Shown: piece by piece, positions 47,518 through 62,500 of the stretch
How the letters are laid out: each line of letters opens with the position of its first letter
How positions within the stretch are numbered: position 1 is the stretch's first letter
NCBI GenBank assembly: GCA_002269645.1
Contig: NIVC01000175.1
Span: 434,001 to 498,000, forward strand
From: Macrostomum lignano
Lineage: Eukaryota
Direction: 5' to 3'
Length of the DNA: 64,000 bases
Notes under the pieces: generated by a model
Databases searched by the model: none
Seen by the model: the letters and a program-made list of their open reading frames with translations, nothing else
Told to the model about the DNA's origin: nothing
Position numbers and translations under genes: made by a program

Positions 47518-50500
47518 CTATGACTGGGTTGAGATCTGCGACCCTCGGACTAGAATACAGATGTATGTCAACTTGGACAGTGGCGAGTGCACTGAATCAC
47601 CTCCAGAAGGCAGTCGAGTTAAGCCACTTGACAGCAATCAATGGTGGGAATTCTATGACCAAGCCTCAAATCGGAACTATTATTATAATTATATGACTGG
47701 CAACACCATGTGGGAGAGGCCGCCATATGCTGATATTATTCCTCTGGCAAGGTTTCTGGTAAGTTGTCTCTGCTTGATTGTTTTGATTGAGTCTTTCCTT
47801 GAGAAGCATTCATTGATTACTACCATAGAGTCTTTGTCTAAATGCGGAATCACAGAGATTGTTCTATGGGATGTGTCCATAGGAATTATCGATTTGTTAC
47901 TTTTGGGGTTTCCAAATCTATCTTGGGGATTGTTGCTATGAGATTTCTGTCTCTAATCGTTGCTATGGGATTTTTGTCTCTAATGGGGATCGTTGCTATG
48001 GAATTTCTGTCTCTAATATGGATCGTTGCTATGAGATTTCTGTCTCAAATGGTGATCGTTGCTATGGGATTTCTGATTCTAATTGGGATCGTTGCTATGG
48101 GATTTCTGTCTCTAATGAGGATCGTAGCTATGGGATTTCTGTCTCTAATGGGGATCGTTGCTATGGGATTTCTGTCTCTAATGAGGATCGTTGCTATGGG
48201 ATTTCTGACTCTAATGAGGATCGTTGTTATGGGATTTCTGACTCTAATGGGGATCGTTGTTATTGGATTTCTGACTCTAATGAGGATCGTTGCTATGGGA
48301 TTTCTGACTCTAATGATGATCGTTGTTATGGGATTTCTAACTCTGTAGATCTTTGCTATGGGATTTCTGATTTTAATGGGGATCGTGGCTATAGGATTTG
48401 TGTATTTTCCTTGAGGGTAGTGATTTATTTGTTATTAAGTTCACGCAACTAGGGTTGAATATTGCTGCTTACAATGTTTCGGGTTATTCAAATACCTCAT
48501 ATGCATTCGTTTTTATTGCAGACTCCTCAGCACTACGCCTTATCTTCGGCGCACTCGGAATCTGGCCGTAGTCAGTCCGTTGAGGTGAGGTCAGGCATCG
48601 GGGATGAGGGTTTGAATGGGACAAAAAATTCCCAGGTCGATAGTTCAGAGTTGGCCTTCATTTAGCACACGGATGTTCCATTGTTCAGATTATCCGTTAG
48701 TTTCCTGTATTCATCTTGTTTCCTTGTTAGGCTTGTTTTAAACAGTTTGTGGGAACAAAAGTGACTGTGGGGCTAGAGTCTTTCACAAACTTAATTGTAA
48801 TCCTTTTGCATTTTTGCTGACTTTTTTACAACCATATAAACAGTAAATGGTGAAAGTTTAGGGAAAGTTTGCATAATGAGCATTTTGAGGATTTTGTGAA
48901 GTTTTAGAATTGTGAAGATTTTGGAAGAATCATGATGATTTGGGATTTTACGAGTATTAAGTCGAGAGAATTATGAAGATTGCGGGAGTTGCGAGTATTT
49001 GGAGATATCGTGAAGGTTGGGGACTTCATGAAGATTAAGGATTTTGTGAAGATTCGGGGATTTCGTGAAGATTGGAAACTTTGTGAAGATTGGGGAATTT
49101 GTGAAGTTTTGGTAATTCGTAAAGATTAGGGAATTTTATGAAGATTAAGGATTTCGTGAAGATTCGGGGGCTTTGTGAAGATTGGGGGATTTTGTGAAGA
49201 TTTGGGATTTTATGAAGATTAAGGATTTTGTGAGGATTGATGGATTTTGTGAGGATTGATGGATTTTGTGAGGATTGATGGATTTTGTGAGGATTGATGG
49301 ATTTTGTGAGGATTGATGGATTTTGTGAGGATTGATGGATTTTGTGAGGATTGATGGATTTTGTGAGGATTGATGGATTTTGTAAGGATTGATGGATTTT
49401 GTAAGGATTGATGGATTTTGTAAGGATTGATGGATTTTGTAAGGATTGATTGATTTTGTGAGGATTGATGGATTTTGTAAGGATTGATGGATTTTGTAAG
49501 GATTGATGGATTTTGTGAGGATTGATGGATTTTGTGAGGATTGATGGATTTTGTAAGGATTGATGGATTTTGTAAGGATTGATGGATTTTGTAAGGATTG
49601 ATGGATTTTGTAAGGATTGATTGATTTTGTGATGATTGATAGATTTTGTGAAGATTGGGGGATTTTGTGAGGATTGATGGATTTTGTGAGGATTGATGGA
49701 TTTTGTGAGGATTGATGGATTTTGTGAGGATTGATGGATTTTGTGAAAATTGATGGATTTTGTGAAGATTGATGGATTTTGTGAAGATTGATAAATTTTG
49801 TGAAGATTGATGGATTTTGTGAAGATTGGGGGATTTTGTGAAGACTAGGGATTTCATGAAGATTGCGCGATTTTTAAAGATTCAGGGATTTTGTGAAGAT
49901 TAGTTTTTTTAAGATTCGGGGATTTTTTTTAATTTTTGGCTATTGTGAAGGCTTTCTTTGATTTGAAGGATTTCTTTTAGATTAAGTTTTGTCTTGAGAA
50001 AAAAACTAGCTTTCTGTGTATGGAGCTTGTTTGTTGAGCTTGTTTATAATTGTTGTTACTTAATATTTTAGCGCCAGCCTCAGCCGCTGCCTCCGGCGCC
50101 AACATCAATGGAATTTACTGGCGCCGGCAGAGTTGGTTCGGTCTATTTTAGCCCTTCCAGCGTGCAGGTGAGAGGCCATTGCTGATTGTTTTTGTTTTGC
50201 TAAGAACTGTTTAGTGATGTGTCAGATGCTGTATTATTTATTTGGGTGTCAAATGGCGCCAATTAAGGATGTCAGATAGCGCTAATTAAGGATGTCAGAT
50301 GGCGGCAATTAAGGATGTCAGATAGCGCTAATTAGGGATGTCAGATAGCGCTAATTAAGGATGTCAGATGGCGCTGATTAGGGATGTCAGGTGGCGCTGA
50401 TTAGGGATGTCAGATGACGCTGATTAGGGATGTCAGATGGCGCTGATTAGGGATGTCAGATGGCGCTGATAGGGATGTCAGATGGCGCTGATTAGGGATG

Positions 50501-52073
50501 TCAGATGGCGCTGATAGGAGATGTCAGATGGCGCTGATAGGAGATGTCAGATGGCGCTAGTTAGAGATGTCAGGAAGCGCCAGTTTGGGGTATCGTCGGA
50601 GTTTTGTGTTGTTTTCATTATTGTTTTCATTTTTTGCCCCCTAATAGAATCAATCTTTTTAACCTAGCAAATTTTATTTGCAATTTTTTAGCTGCCACTT
50701 TATGCAACGTGGAGAGTAAGAAAAAAGTTGAAATTTTTTGCACGCGGCTTTAGAACTGTGTCGCCTTTTTCCTATTTTTTCTTCATCTTTTTCTATTTTG
50801 TGTTTCTCGATTCTTTGAGCATGGATTTTTCTTCTTTCTCTGTGTCGCCTGTTTATTCCGGCTTGTTGTGATCTGCTCTACGATAAATGGGGTATTTAGA
50901 CACTGTAGGATCTGGAGGTATTTAGAAACTGTATAAGATCTGGGGGTATTTAGACACTGTAGGATCTGGGGGTATTTAGACACTGTAGGATCTGGGGGTA
51001 TTTAGACACTGTAGGATCTGGGGGTATTTAGACACTGTAGGATCTGGGGGTATTTAGATACTCTAGGATGTGGGGTAGTTAGTCCAATGTATATAGGATC
51101 AGGGAGTATTCAGACACTGTATATGATCTGTAGGCATTTACACACTGTATAGTATTGGGGGTATTTAGACACTATGGGATCAGAGGGGTATTAAGACAAT
51201 ATACGATCTGGGGGTATTTAGACACTGTATAGGATCAGGGGGTATATAGGATGGGGAGTAAATTTAGAAGCGGATAAATTAGGCTTGTATTTGGATGCAG
51301 ACAAGCTGTTTGGGTTATCACAAACCAGACACTGCACAGGTTTGAAGACGTCAGTATTTTATAACTTGAAGATTAGCTTATAGAATGCTAGTTCTGTAAT
51401 AAGCAGAAATATGATAGTATAGTATAATAAGCAGTCATTGTTCACTGCATGATATTCGATCTGGCAAAAAAGCACCATTTCATACAGACAACTAATGCTT
51501 TTGCTGCGCAGAACAAAAAAACACGAGTCTGCTTCAATATAGACGGTTTAGAAGACTACTAGACTATTCTGAATTCGAACTTTTTTCTGCGGTTTCATCC
51601 CCGGAATGCTACCTTAATCCTTCTATTCCCTTGAATCGATCTAGGGATGTGTGTTTGCTGTGTGTGTGTGTTTATTCGCACACTCAAGGGTTTTGGGTGG
51701 CATCGACTAGAGAGATTTTATGACTTTTAGCCGTGACTAGCAGTCAGTTTGTAATGTTTCTGTGTGCATATTTACTGGGGTTTGCCATGCACACCTCCCC
51801 CCCCCCTAGGCCTTAGCTAGGGATCTGTAAGGATTTTTATTCGAACTTCAAATGTGTAGTGGCATTAGTAAGTTAATCCGCTTGCAATCAATTTGTTTAG
51901 GGATAGGAACTGGTTAGCTTCTGCCTATCCTTACTAATCATATTTCGTATTGCATATTTAGAAGTACATAGATTTTTGTGTGTATCTTATTAGTGTAGTG
52001 CTATCGTCTTTCTATTACAAGTTTGATTTTTATTTATTACGCTAACATGTATGTATTTGTCTTAGTGTCTTAG

Positions 52074-52148
<75 letters not shown>

Positions 52149-55100
52149 GTCTTAGTGTCTCTGTCTGTCTTCTGTCTGTCTGTGTGTCTGTCTGTCTATC
52201 TGTCTGTCTGTGTGTCTGTTCATTATCTATGCATGTCTACAGATAGTCCTTACTAAGTATACGTTGAAATTAAGGGTTAGAAAGTGCAGTTGCTGTTACT
52301 GCCGATGGTAATTATGCGAAATTCTTCAACCAAATATTGAAAGGCAAAGAATGATTTGGCTGTCTTCAGTTTGTAACCTCTTCATAACTGTCTGTTCGTG
52401 TTGGCTTGTTGGTGTGAGGCCCAGCCAGTTCACTTGTTGAAAATATTCGACTTAAGTTTCACAGGTTTGAGGTACTACCCTTGCCCGCGCAAATGTTTAT
52501 AGCATATACATAGTATTAGTAAGTATGCTTGTATGCATATCTAGCTTCCCCGGTTGATGTGTTATGCAATAAGTTTGTAAATGTTATTCCAACATCTTAC
52601 AGCATCTTGTAATCTTGGTTTTATGCCCCTCTCTCTGATGCATAACTTTTGTCAGAATCCTTTGCTAGCTTGACCTGTTCTAATGTTATGGAGGCTTTCG
52701 GATCTGGGGAAAGATGTTACACATGTACCTGTACTGAATCTTGGCAGATACATTCCTAAGAACATGCGGCTTTAACACGTCTGCGTGTTTGTTTTATCAA
52801 TTCTATTTTCTGGCAAAGGAATTGATATTTTTTAAGGCTGATGTCAATATGTCTGACTTTCATTTTAGATTTTGTAGTTCCGCTTTTTTAATTAGTGCAT
52901 AAAGTTTATTTAGGATTTATAGAGGCGGTTGTAGCCTAGTGGCTTGAGCGTCGGACTCAGAATTGAAAGGTCGGGGGTTCGATTCTCGACCTACTTGAAA
53001 CATTTTGTGTCCCTGAGCAAGACACTTAACTCTGCATTGCTTCAGTTCACCCAGCTGTAAAATGGGTGCCAGCATTAGCTGGGGTAATTGAGGCTGTGTG
53101 CGTGGCGACCCCCCCCCCCTCCCCAGTCCTTGGACTGAACAGCCGTACGCAGCCTTCAGATGCGCTGCGAAATAGCTGCGGCTCTGCTCATTATGGCAGG
53201 TGTAATCAAAAAAAAATTTAGGATTTATTAGGTTTGTAAGATTATGCCGTGAAGCTGTGAATCCATTTTTTCAATGTTCACGCGGTACATAACAATTTTT
53301 AAGTCTGATAATTTTGGACAAAATAAATTATTAGAAATCGACAATTGGAGTGGGTTTTTACTGCATTGGGAGTTGGTCAGCAGGAAAGCTAAAGCTTTCT
53401 ACTATATTTGTGGTATTACGTAATCACATATACTCGTAGAATAAGGCCGCCGACACACGCAAGCCTCCCAGAGAGTGATCCCAGATCCCGTCACAACAGA
53501 AGCTCACGCAATGCAATCACTTGAGCTGACATTAGTTCTGGGGTTGTGGCTGAGTGAGTCCGCGTGTGTGTTTTTTGTCTTCTCATTGTGTATTCTGTCT
53601 CTTTTTGTCTTATTTCTAGTCATGATTCTATGACTAGATCATGACTAGTCACGATTCCATATGGTGGTTTCCAAAGTGAGGACAGACTTATTGATTATCT
53701 CCATGTGTCACGTTGAATCTGTCTCAAAAATTGTTATTTTAATCTTTAAATATCTTCCAATGAGTTTTTTGACATGAAACAATAAACTTAAGATTGAGTT
53801 TGTAAAGTTGTCGGTTTGTGAAGTTTGGGGTTTGTGAAGTTTGGGGTTTGTGAAGTTTGGGGTTTGTGAAGTTTGGGTGTTGTGAAGTTTGGGGTTTGTG
53901 AAGTTTGGGGTTTGTGAAGTTTGGGGTTTGTGAAGTTTGGGGTTTGTGAAGTTTAGGGTTTGTGAAGTTTAGGGTTTGTGAAGTTTGGGTTTGTGAAGTT
54001 TGGGGTTTGTGAAGTAAGGGGTTTGTGAAGTTTGGGGTTTGTGAAGTTTAGGGTTTGTGAAGTTTGGGTTTGTGAAGTTTGGGGTTTGTGAAGTTTAGGG
54101 TTTGTGAAGTTTGAGGGTTGTGAAGTTTGGGGTTTGTGAAGTTTGAGGGTTGTGAAGTTTGGGGTTTGTGAAGTTTAGGGTTTGTGAAGTTTGGGGTTTG
54201 TGTAGATTGGGGTTTGTGAATATTGGATTTGTGAAGATTGGGTTTGTGAAGTTGTCGGTGTGTGAAGTTTATTTAGAGTTTGTGAAGCTTTTTAGATCTG
54301 TGAAAAATTAGTGTCTGTGAGAGCGCCTCCATTCATGACATTGAATTCTGCATACTTTGCGTAAAATGGCTTTTCTCTACACTGAGCAACAACACTCACT
54401 CCATGCTCGTAAAACCTCTTTATACTTCTTGCATGAAAATCAATTTTTTCAGTCTTCGCATACTTAAAAAACTAATTTTGTGGCCTGTCAACTTGAAAGC
54501 TCTCCTGGCTGAATGTAGTAGAGTTGAGGGCTAAAATGCATTTACACTGGCGTGTGTATGTATGAGTGTATGTAAGTATTCTTCATCTTGGAAAAAGCAA
54601 TAGATCTTTTTAGTTAGTTTGATTGATTTAACTGTCTATTTAATCTAGAAGGATTTCTTGGGAGTTTTCAGTGGATGCTATATTTACTAAAGGCCTAGTA
54701 GACTCTATCCTGCTCAACCTGGAAGTCAGGGAAATACTTTTCTACTCAGTTCAAGTTTATCTAGCCAATGCATTGAACTCATTCTAGCGTAAATTTCTAA
54801 TCAATTCTGGTAGACAGCGAATTCCACTGGTTTCTGGGTTTCTTATCTGTGCTCTTCTTTGGGCTCTGAGTGCTTCTTTTACTGTTTCTGTTTTCTTCTT
54901 TTTGGGTTTTTGTGTTAATATTTAACTTCATTCTCTACTTTTTTGCTCTCTTTACCGTCCTTCTCGTCTCATATTTCCCACTTTCTCGTCTCTTCTCCTC
55001 TCCCATCGCCTCTCTCCCCTCTCTCCCCTTACTAACCTCTACCTCTACCCTCTCTCCCTCTCCGTCCCCTCTCCCTCTTTCCTCTCCCCGCTTCCCTCTA

Positions 55101-55192
55101 TTCCTTTTTTCTCTCCTCTCTCGCCTCCTTTCTCTCCCTCTCTCCCTCTCTCCCTCTCTCCCTCTTCTCTTTCTCCCTCTCCTCTCTCTCCC

Positions 55193-55225
<33 letters not shown>

Positions 55226-55226
55226 G

Positions 55227-55287
<61 letters not shown>

Positions 55288-55330
55288 GTCTGTCTGTCTG
55301 TCTATCTGTCTGTCTGTGTGTCTGTCTGTG

Positions 55331-55369
<39 letters not shown>

Positions 55370-55380
55370 GTCTTAGTGTC

Positions 55381-55435
<55 letters not shown>

Positions 55436-55446
55436 GTCTGTCTGTG

Positions 55447-55497
<51 letters not shown>

Positions 55498-55544
55498 GTC
55501 TTAGTGTCTCTGTCTGTCTGTCTGTCTGTCTGTGTCTTAGTGTC

Positions 55545-55607
<63 letters not shown>

Positions 55608-55684
55608 GTCTGTCTGTCTATCTGTCTGTCTGTCTGTGTGTCTGTCTGTCTTTCTGTCTGTCTGTCTGTCTGTGTCTTAGTGTC

Positions 55685-55727
<43 letters not shown>

Positions 55728-55752
55728 GTCTGTCTGTCTTTCTGTCTGTCTC

Positions 55753-55794
<42 letters not shown>

Positions 55795-58497
55795 CTCTCT
55801 CCCTCTCCTCTCTCTTCATCTCCTCTCTCCCTCTCCTCTCTCTTCATCTCCTCTCTCCCTCTCCTCTCTCCTCATCTCCTCTCTCCCTCTCCTCTCTCTT
55901 CATCTCCTCTCTCCCTCTCCTCTCTCTTCATCTCTTCTCTCCCTCTCTCCCTCTCTCCCTCTCTCCCTCTCCTCTCCCACTCTCCTCTCTCTTCATCTCC
56001 TCTCTCTTCATCTCCTCTCTCTTCATCTCCTCTCTCCCTCTCCTCTCTCCCTCTCCTCTCTCCCTCTCCTCTCTCTTCATCTCCCCTCTCACTCTCTCCC
56101 TCTCTCCCTCTCTCCCTCTCCTCTCCCTCTCCTCTCTCTCCCTCTCCTCTCTCTTCATTTCCTCTCTCCCTCTCCTCTCTCTCTCTCCCTCTCCTCTCTC
56201 CATCTCCTGTCTCCCTCTCCTCTCTCTTCATCTCCTCTCTCCCTCTCTCCCTCTCTTCCTCTCTCCCTCTCTCCCTCTCTCCCTCGCTCCCTCTCTCCCT
56301 CTCTCCCTCCTCTTCCCCTCCTCTATATTCCTCTCCTCTTCTCTCTCATATCTCGCCTCCTCTCTCTCTCCCTCTCTCGCTGTTTATCCATAAGAAGATA
56401 ACAAGCCAAGAATCCAACCAAATTTGACTTCAATTATTTGTTACTAGCTATTGAGCAAGGCATTCACTTTCCATTTGATTTCTCATTCGCATTTGTCTTA
56501 GCATGCACATGACGCATTGGAGGCTACACTGCCAGTTAATAACTGATTCACATGGTTGGGGTCGGGGGCGCCCTTCTTGGCCCAACCTTGCATGACTTCG
56601 GCTGCTATGTATCGGTTTTGTGTTTAACAGCTTAGCTATCTGGTTTGGCGTTTGGCTCTGGGGTTAATCTGCGCTTAGTCAGCTGTGGCTGCATTCGTGT
56701 CAATGTGTATAGCTACTCTCATGCTTCTTTTAGCTCGTGTTACTGTTGCTGTTGTTAGTGACCAAGTCTTTCTTTATTAATGTAGAATCTGTTCACAAAT
56801 TTTCGCTTGCGGTCCAACAGGACTACCCACTCCCCCTATCCCTATTCCCTCTCCTCTCCCTCTCTCTTCCTCAACCTCCCAACCCCTCTCTCTCATCCTC
56901 TCCTCATTCTACCCTCCCCATTGTTCTCCCCTCTCCTCCCTTTTCCTTCCCTCTATCCATCTCTCCCCTCCTCTCCCTCTCTCCTCTCCCTCTCTCCTCT
57001 CCCTCCTCTCCCTCTCCCTCTCTCCTCTCCCTCCTCTCCCTCTCTCCTCTCCCTCTCTCCTCTCCCTCTCTCCTCTCCCTCTCTCCTCTCCCTCTCTCCT
57101 CTCCCTCTCTTCTCTCCCTCTCTCCTCCCCTCTCTTCCCTCTCTTCCTCTTCTCTCCCTCTCTCCTCCCCTCTCTTCCCTCTCTCCCTCTTCTCTCCCTC
57201 TCTTCCCCCCTCTCCCCCTCTCTCCCTCTCTCCTCTCCCTCTCTCCTCTCCCTCTCTCCTCTCCCTCTCTCCTCTTGCTCTCTCCTCTCCCTCTCTCCTC
57301 TCCCTCTCCTCCCCTCTCTTCCCTCTCTCCCTCTTCTCTCCCTCTTCCCCTCTCTCCATTTCTCTCCTCTCCCTCTTCCTCTACCTCTTTCCCTCTCTTT
57401 CCCTCTCTCATCTCCTCATCCTCCCTCTCCCCCTCTCAATACATCCTCCCATTCTGTTGGTCTATCCGCCATCTCCGCCAGTCTCTCTCTACTTGCATAC
57501 TCGCCAAATCTCACTCGACTCCGGAGCCCCAGTCCGCTCTGATCCCCAGTTTAGCTTCCGCATACTCTGTTTATTCCCGCATCTAAGCTAGCTGGCTTTC
57601 CCCACATGAATTAATCATTACTCACTGGTCGCTAAAGGTTGTTTCTTTGAAGTAGAGTACTCTCGAAAACTCTTTCCATTACTGAGTAGGTTTTCTTCCC
57701 CCTTTTCAGCCTAATCCTGCTAGCATCTTGGTAGGCTCGGTGAGACTGAAGTACTTGTCCAACTCTTCTCTTTACTAATTCTTAATGGAACTGATGAAAA
57801 AGCATTAGGAGGAAACTACTCGCTCGGAATGACCTGAGGTGACTCTTTGTTAGTTTTTTTTTCAAAGAAAAATATTGACCGTTTGCTCAACCATCTACTG
57901 AACTCAAAGAAAAAAAAATTGAAAAGTGGAAAGTTGAAAAGATTCAGATCATCAAAAGGGACTCCATTTGAGGCCATGAAGCCCAACCCCAAAGTCACAC
58001 ACACACACAGTATTGGCGCGGTTGTATGGGTTCAGGAGTGAGCAGAATGGTCAGAATTGCGTTGTTCCTTAGCTAATTTTATTTTCTAGCCATTAGCATA
58101 ATTACGCAGTTTAATATGTGTTTTTTCACAGATTATAACTATAAATGTTAATTTATATAATACGTAAATATTCTACGCTTATCTCTGTCGGCATTCGCAC
58201 CATCTGTAGCGTTTTAAAAATTTATGCAAATCAAAGCATTTTTTTCGGCAACTTTGATAATTGCGTGCGTGTACGCTCGTATGTGTAAACTTTCTTCTAG
58301 ATTGCCTGTGCCAAAATGTTGTGGCCAGGGCGTTTATCACTTCATTTATTTCTTATTTAGAACTTATTGGCAGCAGCTCTTTCTCAGGTTTTCGCATAAT
58401 TCAAAGGTCAGTTTTTTCTTATTTTTCTTTACTGGCGGCTTTTTGAAGCCTTTTATTTCTGCTCTCATGTTGGTTCAAGCTTCTTGGGTTTCTTTTG

Positions 58498-58562
<65 letters not shown>

Positions 58563-58573
58563 TAGTGTCTGCC

Positions 58574-58634
<61 letters not shown>

Positions 58635-58667
58635 TAGTGTCTGCCTGTCTGTCTGTCTTAGTGTCTC

Positions 58668-58702
<35 letters not shown>

Positions 58703-58711
58703 TAGTGTCTC

Positions 58712-58746
<35 letters not shown>

Positions 58747-58882
58747 TAGTGTCTGTCTGTCTGTCTGTCTTAGTGTCTGCCTGTCTGTCTGTCTTAGTGT
58801 CTGTCTGTCTGTCTGTCTTAGTGTCTGCCTGTCTGTCTGTCTTAGTGTCTGTCTGTCTGTCTGTCTTAGTGTCTGTCTGTCG

Positions 58883-58918
<36 letters not shown>

Positions 58919-59014
58919 TAGTGTCTGCCTGTCTGTCTGTCTGTCTGTCTTAGTGTCTGCCTGTCTGTCCGTCTTAGTGTCTGCCTGTCTGTCTGTCTTA
59001 GTGTCTGTCTGTCG

Positions 59015-59058
<44 letters not shown>

Positions 59059-59149
59059 TAGTGTCTGCCTGTCTGTCTGTCTGTCTGTCTTAGTGTCTGC
59101 CTGCCTGTCCGTCTTAGTGTCTGTCTGTCTTAGTGTCTGTCTGTCTTAG

Positions 59150-59242
<93 letters not shown>

Positions 59243-59531
59243 TTCTATCTGTTTGCCATCTATAACATTTTCAAGTAGACTATTTAAATAATGCCTTTAA
59301 AGGTTTTAGATGTATCGCAATTAATGTTATTTCTTACACACTTGAGGTATAAAAATGAAATCTGCTGTTGACCATCTAAAATTTAGCTACCAATATTCTA
59401 GTCCTCTTGGGCTGACATTTTGACAAGCACACACCACACCATCACTCAGGCACACTTTTGGCCTTTACAAGTGTTTGTTGATGTAGTGTGGCTACTGCAG
59501 TGTCAAATGAATGTAAACTGTAAAACTTTAT

Positions 59532-59562
<31 letters not shown>

Positions 59563-62500
59563 TGACTTTCACATCGAAAAAACAGTTTTGCAGAATATTT
59601 TATAAATATATGTGTGTTTTTCTGTACTTCTGTGACTTCTATAACCGTATCTCTCTCCTCTCTTGCAGTACTATCTTTTGTTTAACTATTTATATACATA
59701 TGCATATTTTTATTATTTAATGCATAGAATCCATGTGTACATTCAGTCTGCCGCCAAGACTGATATTGGGACTGCAGTAATTAAGGCGAGTGTGTGGGGC
59801 TCGATGTTGATAGTATGGAAATGCAATGTACAGTTTTTAATGTACACAGTTAGGCTAGAGTTTTTTTATTATCATAGATATCATAGTTTCAGTGGGCTTT
59901 TGCTGCCGGCTCTGTACTCCTGTGCCTCTCTCTCCGTAAAATTGCCTGATTTTATTGCCAGATATCGGGAGCTGTTAGAGCTTGGGTCTTTCTAGTTTAT
60001 GATACTATGGCTACTTGCTGAATCGCGTTAAAGCTTCCCTTTTAATATACAGTGTTGTAGACAGCTGACTAGGATGAACTACTTTTAGTAGCGGTTTGGC
60101 ACTTTCCTTATTTTTTATGGGAAATGGTCAAGCCAGATTCTCAGTTGCTGGGCCAGCCTCCCAGATCCTCAGTTGCTGGGCCAGCCTCCCAGATCCTCAG
60201 TTGCTGGGCCAGCCCCCCAGATCCTCAGTTGCTGGGCCATCAGCCTCCCAGATCCTCAGTTGCTGGGCCATCAGCCTCCCAGATCCTCAGTTGCTGGGCC
60301 ATTAGCCTCCCAGATCCTCAGTTGCTGGGCCATCAGCCTCCCAGATCCTCAGTTGCTGGGCCAGCCTCCCAGATCCACAGTTGCTGAGCCAGCCTCCCAG
60401 ATCCTCAGTTGTTGGGCCACCAGCCCCCTTCCCCCAGATCCTCAGTTGTTGGGCCAGCCTCCGAGATCCTCAGTTGTTGGGCCAGCCTCCCAGATCCTCA
60501 GTTGCTGGGCCAGCCTCCGAGATCCTCAGTTGCTGGGCCAGCCTCCCAGATCCTCAGTTGCTGGGCCATCAGCCCCCCAGATCCTCAGTTGCTGGGCCAG
60601 CCTCCCAGATCCTCAGTTGCTGGGCCAGCCTCCCAGATCCTCAGTTGCTGGGCCAGCCTCCGAGATCCGGCAGCTTGCACATTGTTTTTTTCATCCTGTA
60701 TGTCATGTTTAGTTTTGCCAAACCAAACAACTTTAGCTGACAGCTTTTAGCGATAATTTCTAACACATATTTAAGTATTTTCTTTCTTCACAATGCATAG
60801 CGCCTCCATCTATCTGATCTGTGTGTCTGTCTCTCTCAATCCCACAGCGCCATCCGTCCCGTCAGTCAGTCCAGGGCTCCTGGGCATCCTCTGGCCACGG
60901 CACTCTGCCCCGGCCCAGCGGCCCTGCAGGCAGTCCAGCGCACTCTCAGCAGCAGCAGCACCAGCAACAGCAATCTGAGACCAGCACAGATAGCGGCTTT
61001 GATGCTGCTAACGGAGCTAGCGGAGGCTGGTTTGCCGTTTCTGATGAAGCGTCGCTGTCGGGTCGTGTACTTTTACCGACATCCAGTCGATTTTCAAGTC
61101 TTCAACAACAACAGCAGCAGCAGCAGGCGGCGGCCGTTCCCAGAACGAATCCTTCCGCAGGTGTCTATGGTCGAACCTCAGCCTCCCTATTCGACTCATC
61201 TAGTAGATCTTTGAGCGTCGCTTCCGTAGCTTCAGAAGGCGCTTCATCAGCTTATCAGCTTCCGTCGGGATCGTCGCTGTCTCCATGGTCGCACCAGTTC
61301 GCGCCATCCTACCCCCTGCCTCCTGGTTGGTCGCTGACCCTGTTTCGCCGGGAGCACAACCCGGCGAAGCTGCTGTGCTGGACTCGACGAGACCTGTCCA
61401 GACCTCTGCTAGCCGCTACTGAGAAATCTTTGAAAAGAGAATCTTCGGATAATTTCAAAATCATTCAGAGATACATGGGCGATAGGAGAATGAAGAAATT
61501 GTCGCAACCGGTGCTGGCTTGGCAGATGGTCCAGCTGGGATTGCAATCGCCAGGTCTGAGAGATGAACAGTTTATGCAGCTGTGCCGGCAGTTGACCAAC
61601 AATCCTAATGGCGAGTCCCTGCAGCTGGGCTGGGAACTCTTGGCCATCTGTTTGGCGTTCTTTCCTCCTAGCGGAGGTTTCGCGCCCTACCTTGAAGGCT
61701 TTTTGCTGCGACATTGTCAGCGACTGGAGCCCACTTGTCCATTCCGTGCCCAGCAGCAGTATGCTGGAGTCTGCTATCAACGGCTCAGACGGATCCTGAG
61801 AATGGGAGCGAGGAAAGGCAGTCAGGCACCAAGTGTGGATGAGGTGTCCATTGCTAAGGTTGGTTTGGTTCTGTGCTTTTTTGGGATATCTGATCTTTGA
61901 TAATTTCATACCCGTATTCTCGCATGACATGTTTGAGAATCGTCCCATTCCCTGTGAGAATCGCCCCATTCCCTATGAGAATCGCCCCATTCCCTATAAA
62001 AATCGCCCCATTCCCTATGAGAATCTTCTCATTCCCTATGAGAATCGCCCCATTCCCTATAAGAATCGCCCCATTCCCTATGAAAATCGCCCCATTCCCT
62101 ATGAGAATCGCCCCATTCCCTATGAGAATCGCCCCATTCCCTATGAAAATCGCCCCATTCCCTATGAGAATCGCCCCATTCCCTATAAGAATCACCCCAT
62201 TCCCTATGAGAATCGCCCCATTCCCTATAAGAATCACCCCATTCCCTATGAGAATCGCCCCATTCCCTATAAGAATCTCCCCATTCCCTATGAGAATCGC
62301 CCCATTCCCTATGAGAATCGCCCCATTCCCTATAAGAATCACCCCATTCCCTATGAGAATCACCCCATTCCCTATAAGAATCACCCCATTCCCTATGAAA
62401 ATCGCCCCATTCCCTATGAGAATCACCCCATTCCCTATGAGAATCGCCCCATTCCCTATGAGAATCTCCCCATTCCCTATGAGAATCGCCCCATTCCCTA

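Noticed and set aside
52924-53000. tRNA gene
   Set aside because: The tRNA-like head continues into a CORE-like body, A-tail and TSD, so it is a SINE; no convincing acceptor stem.
53440-53530. GC-richer patch as an extra ARHGAP39 exon
   Set aside because: In-frame stop after the candidate acceptor and no convincing donor.
54870-59093. SVCL / TDRQ / Glu-Arg-Gly-rich ORFs
   Set aside because: Translations of (GTCT)n and CT-rich microsatellites.
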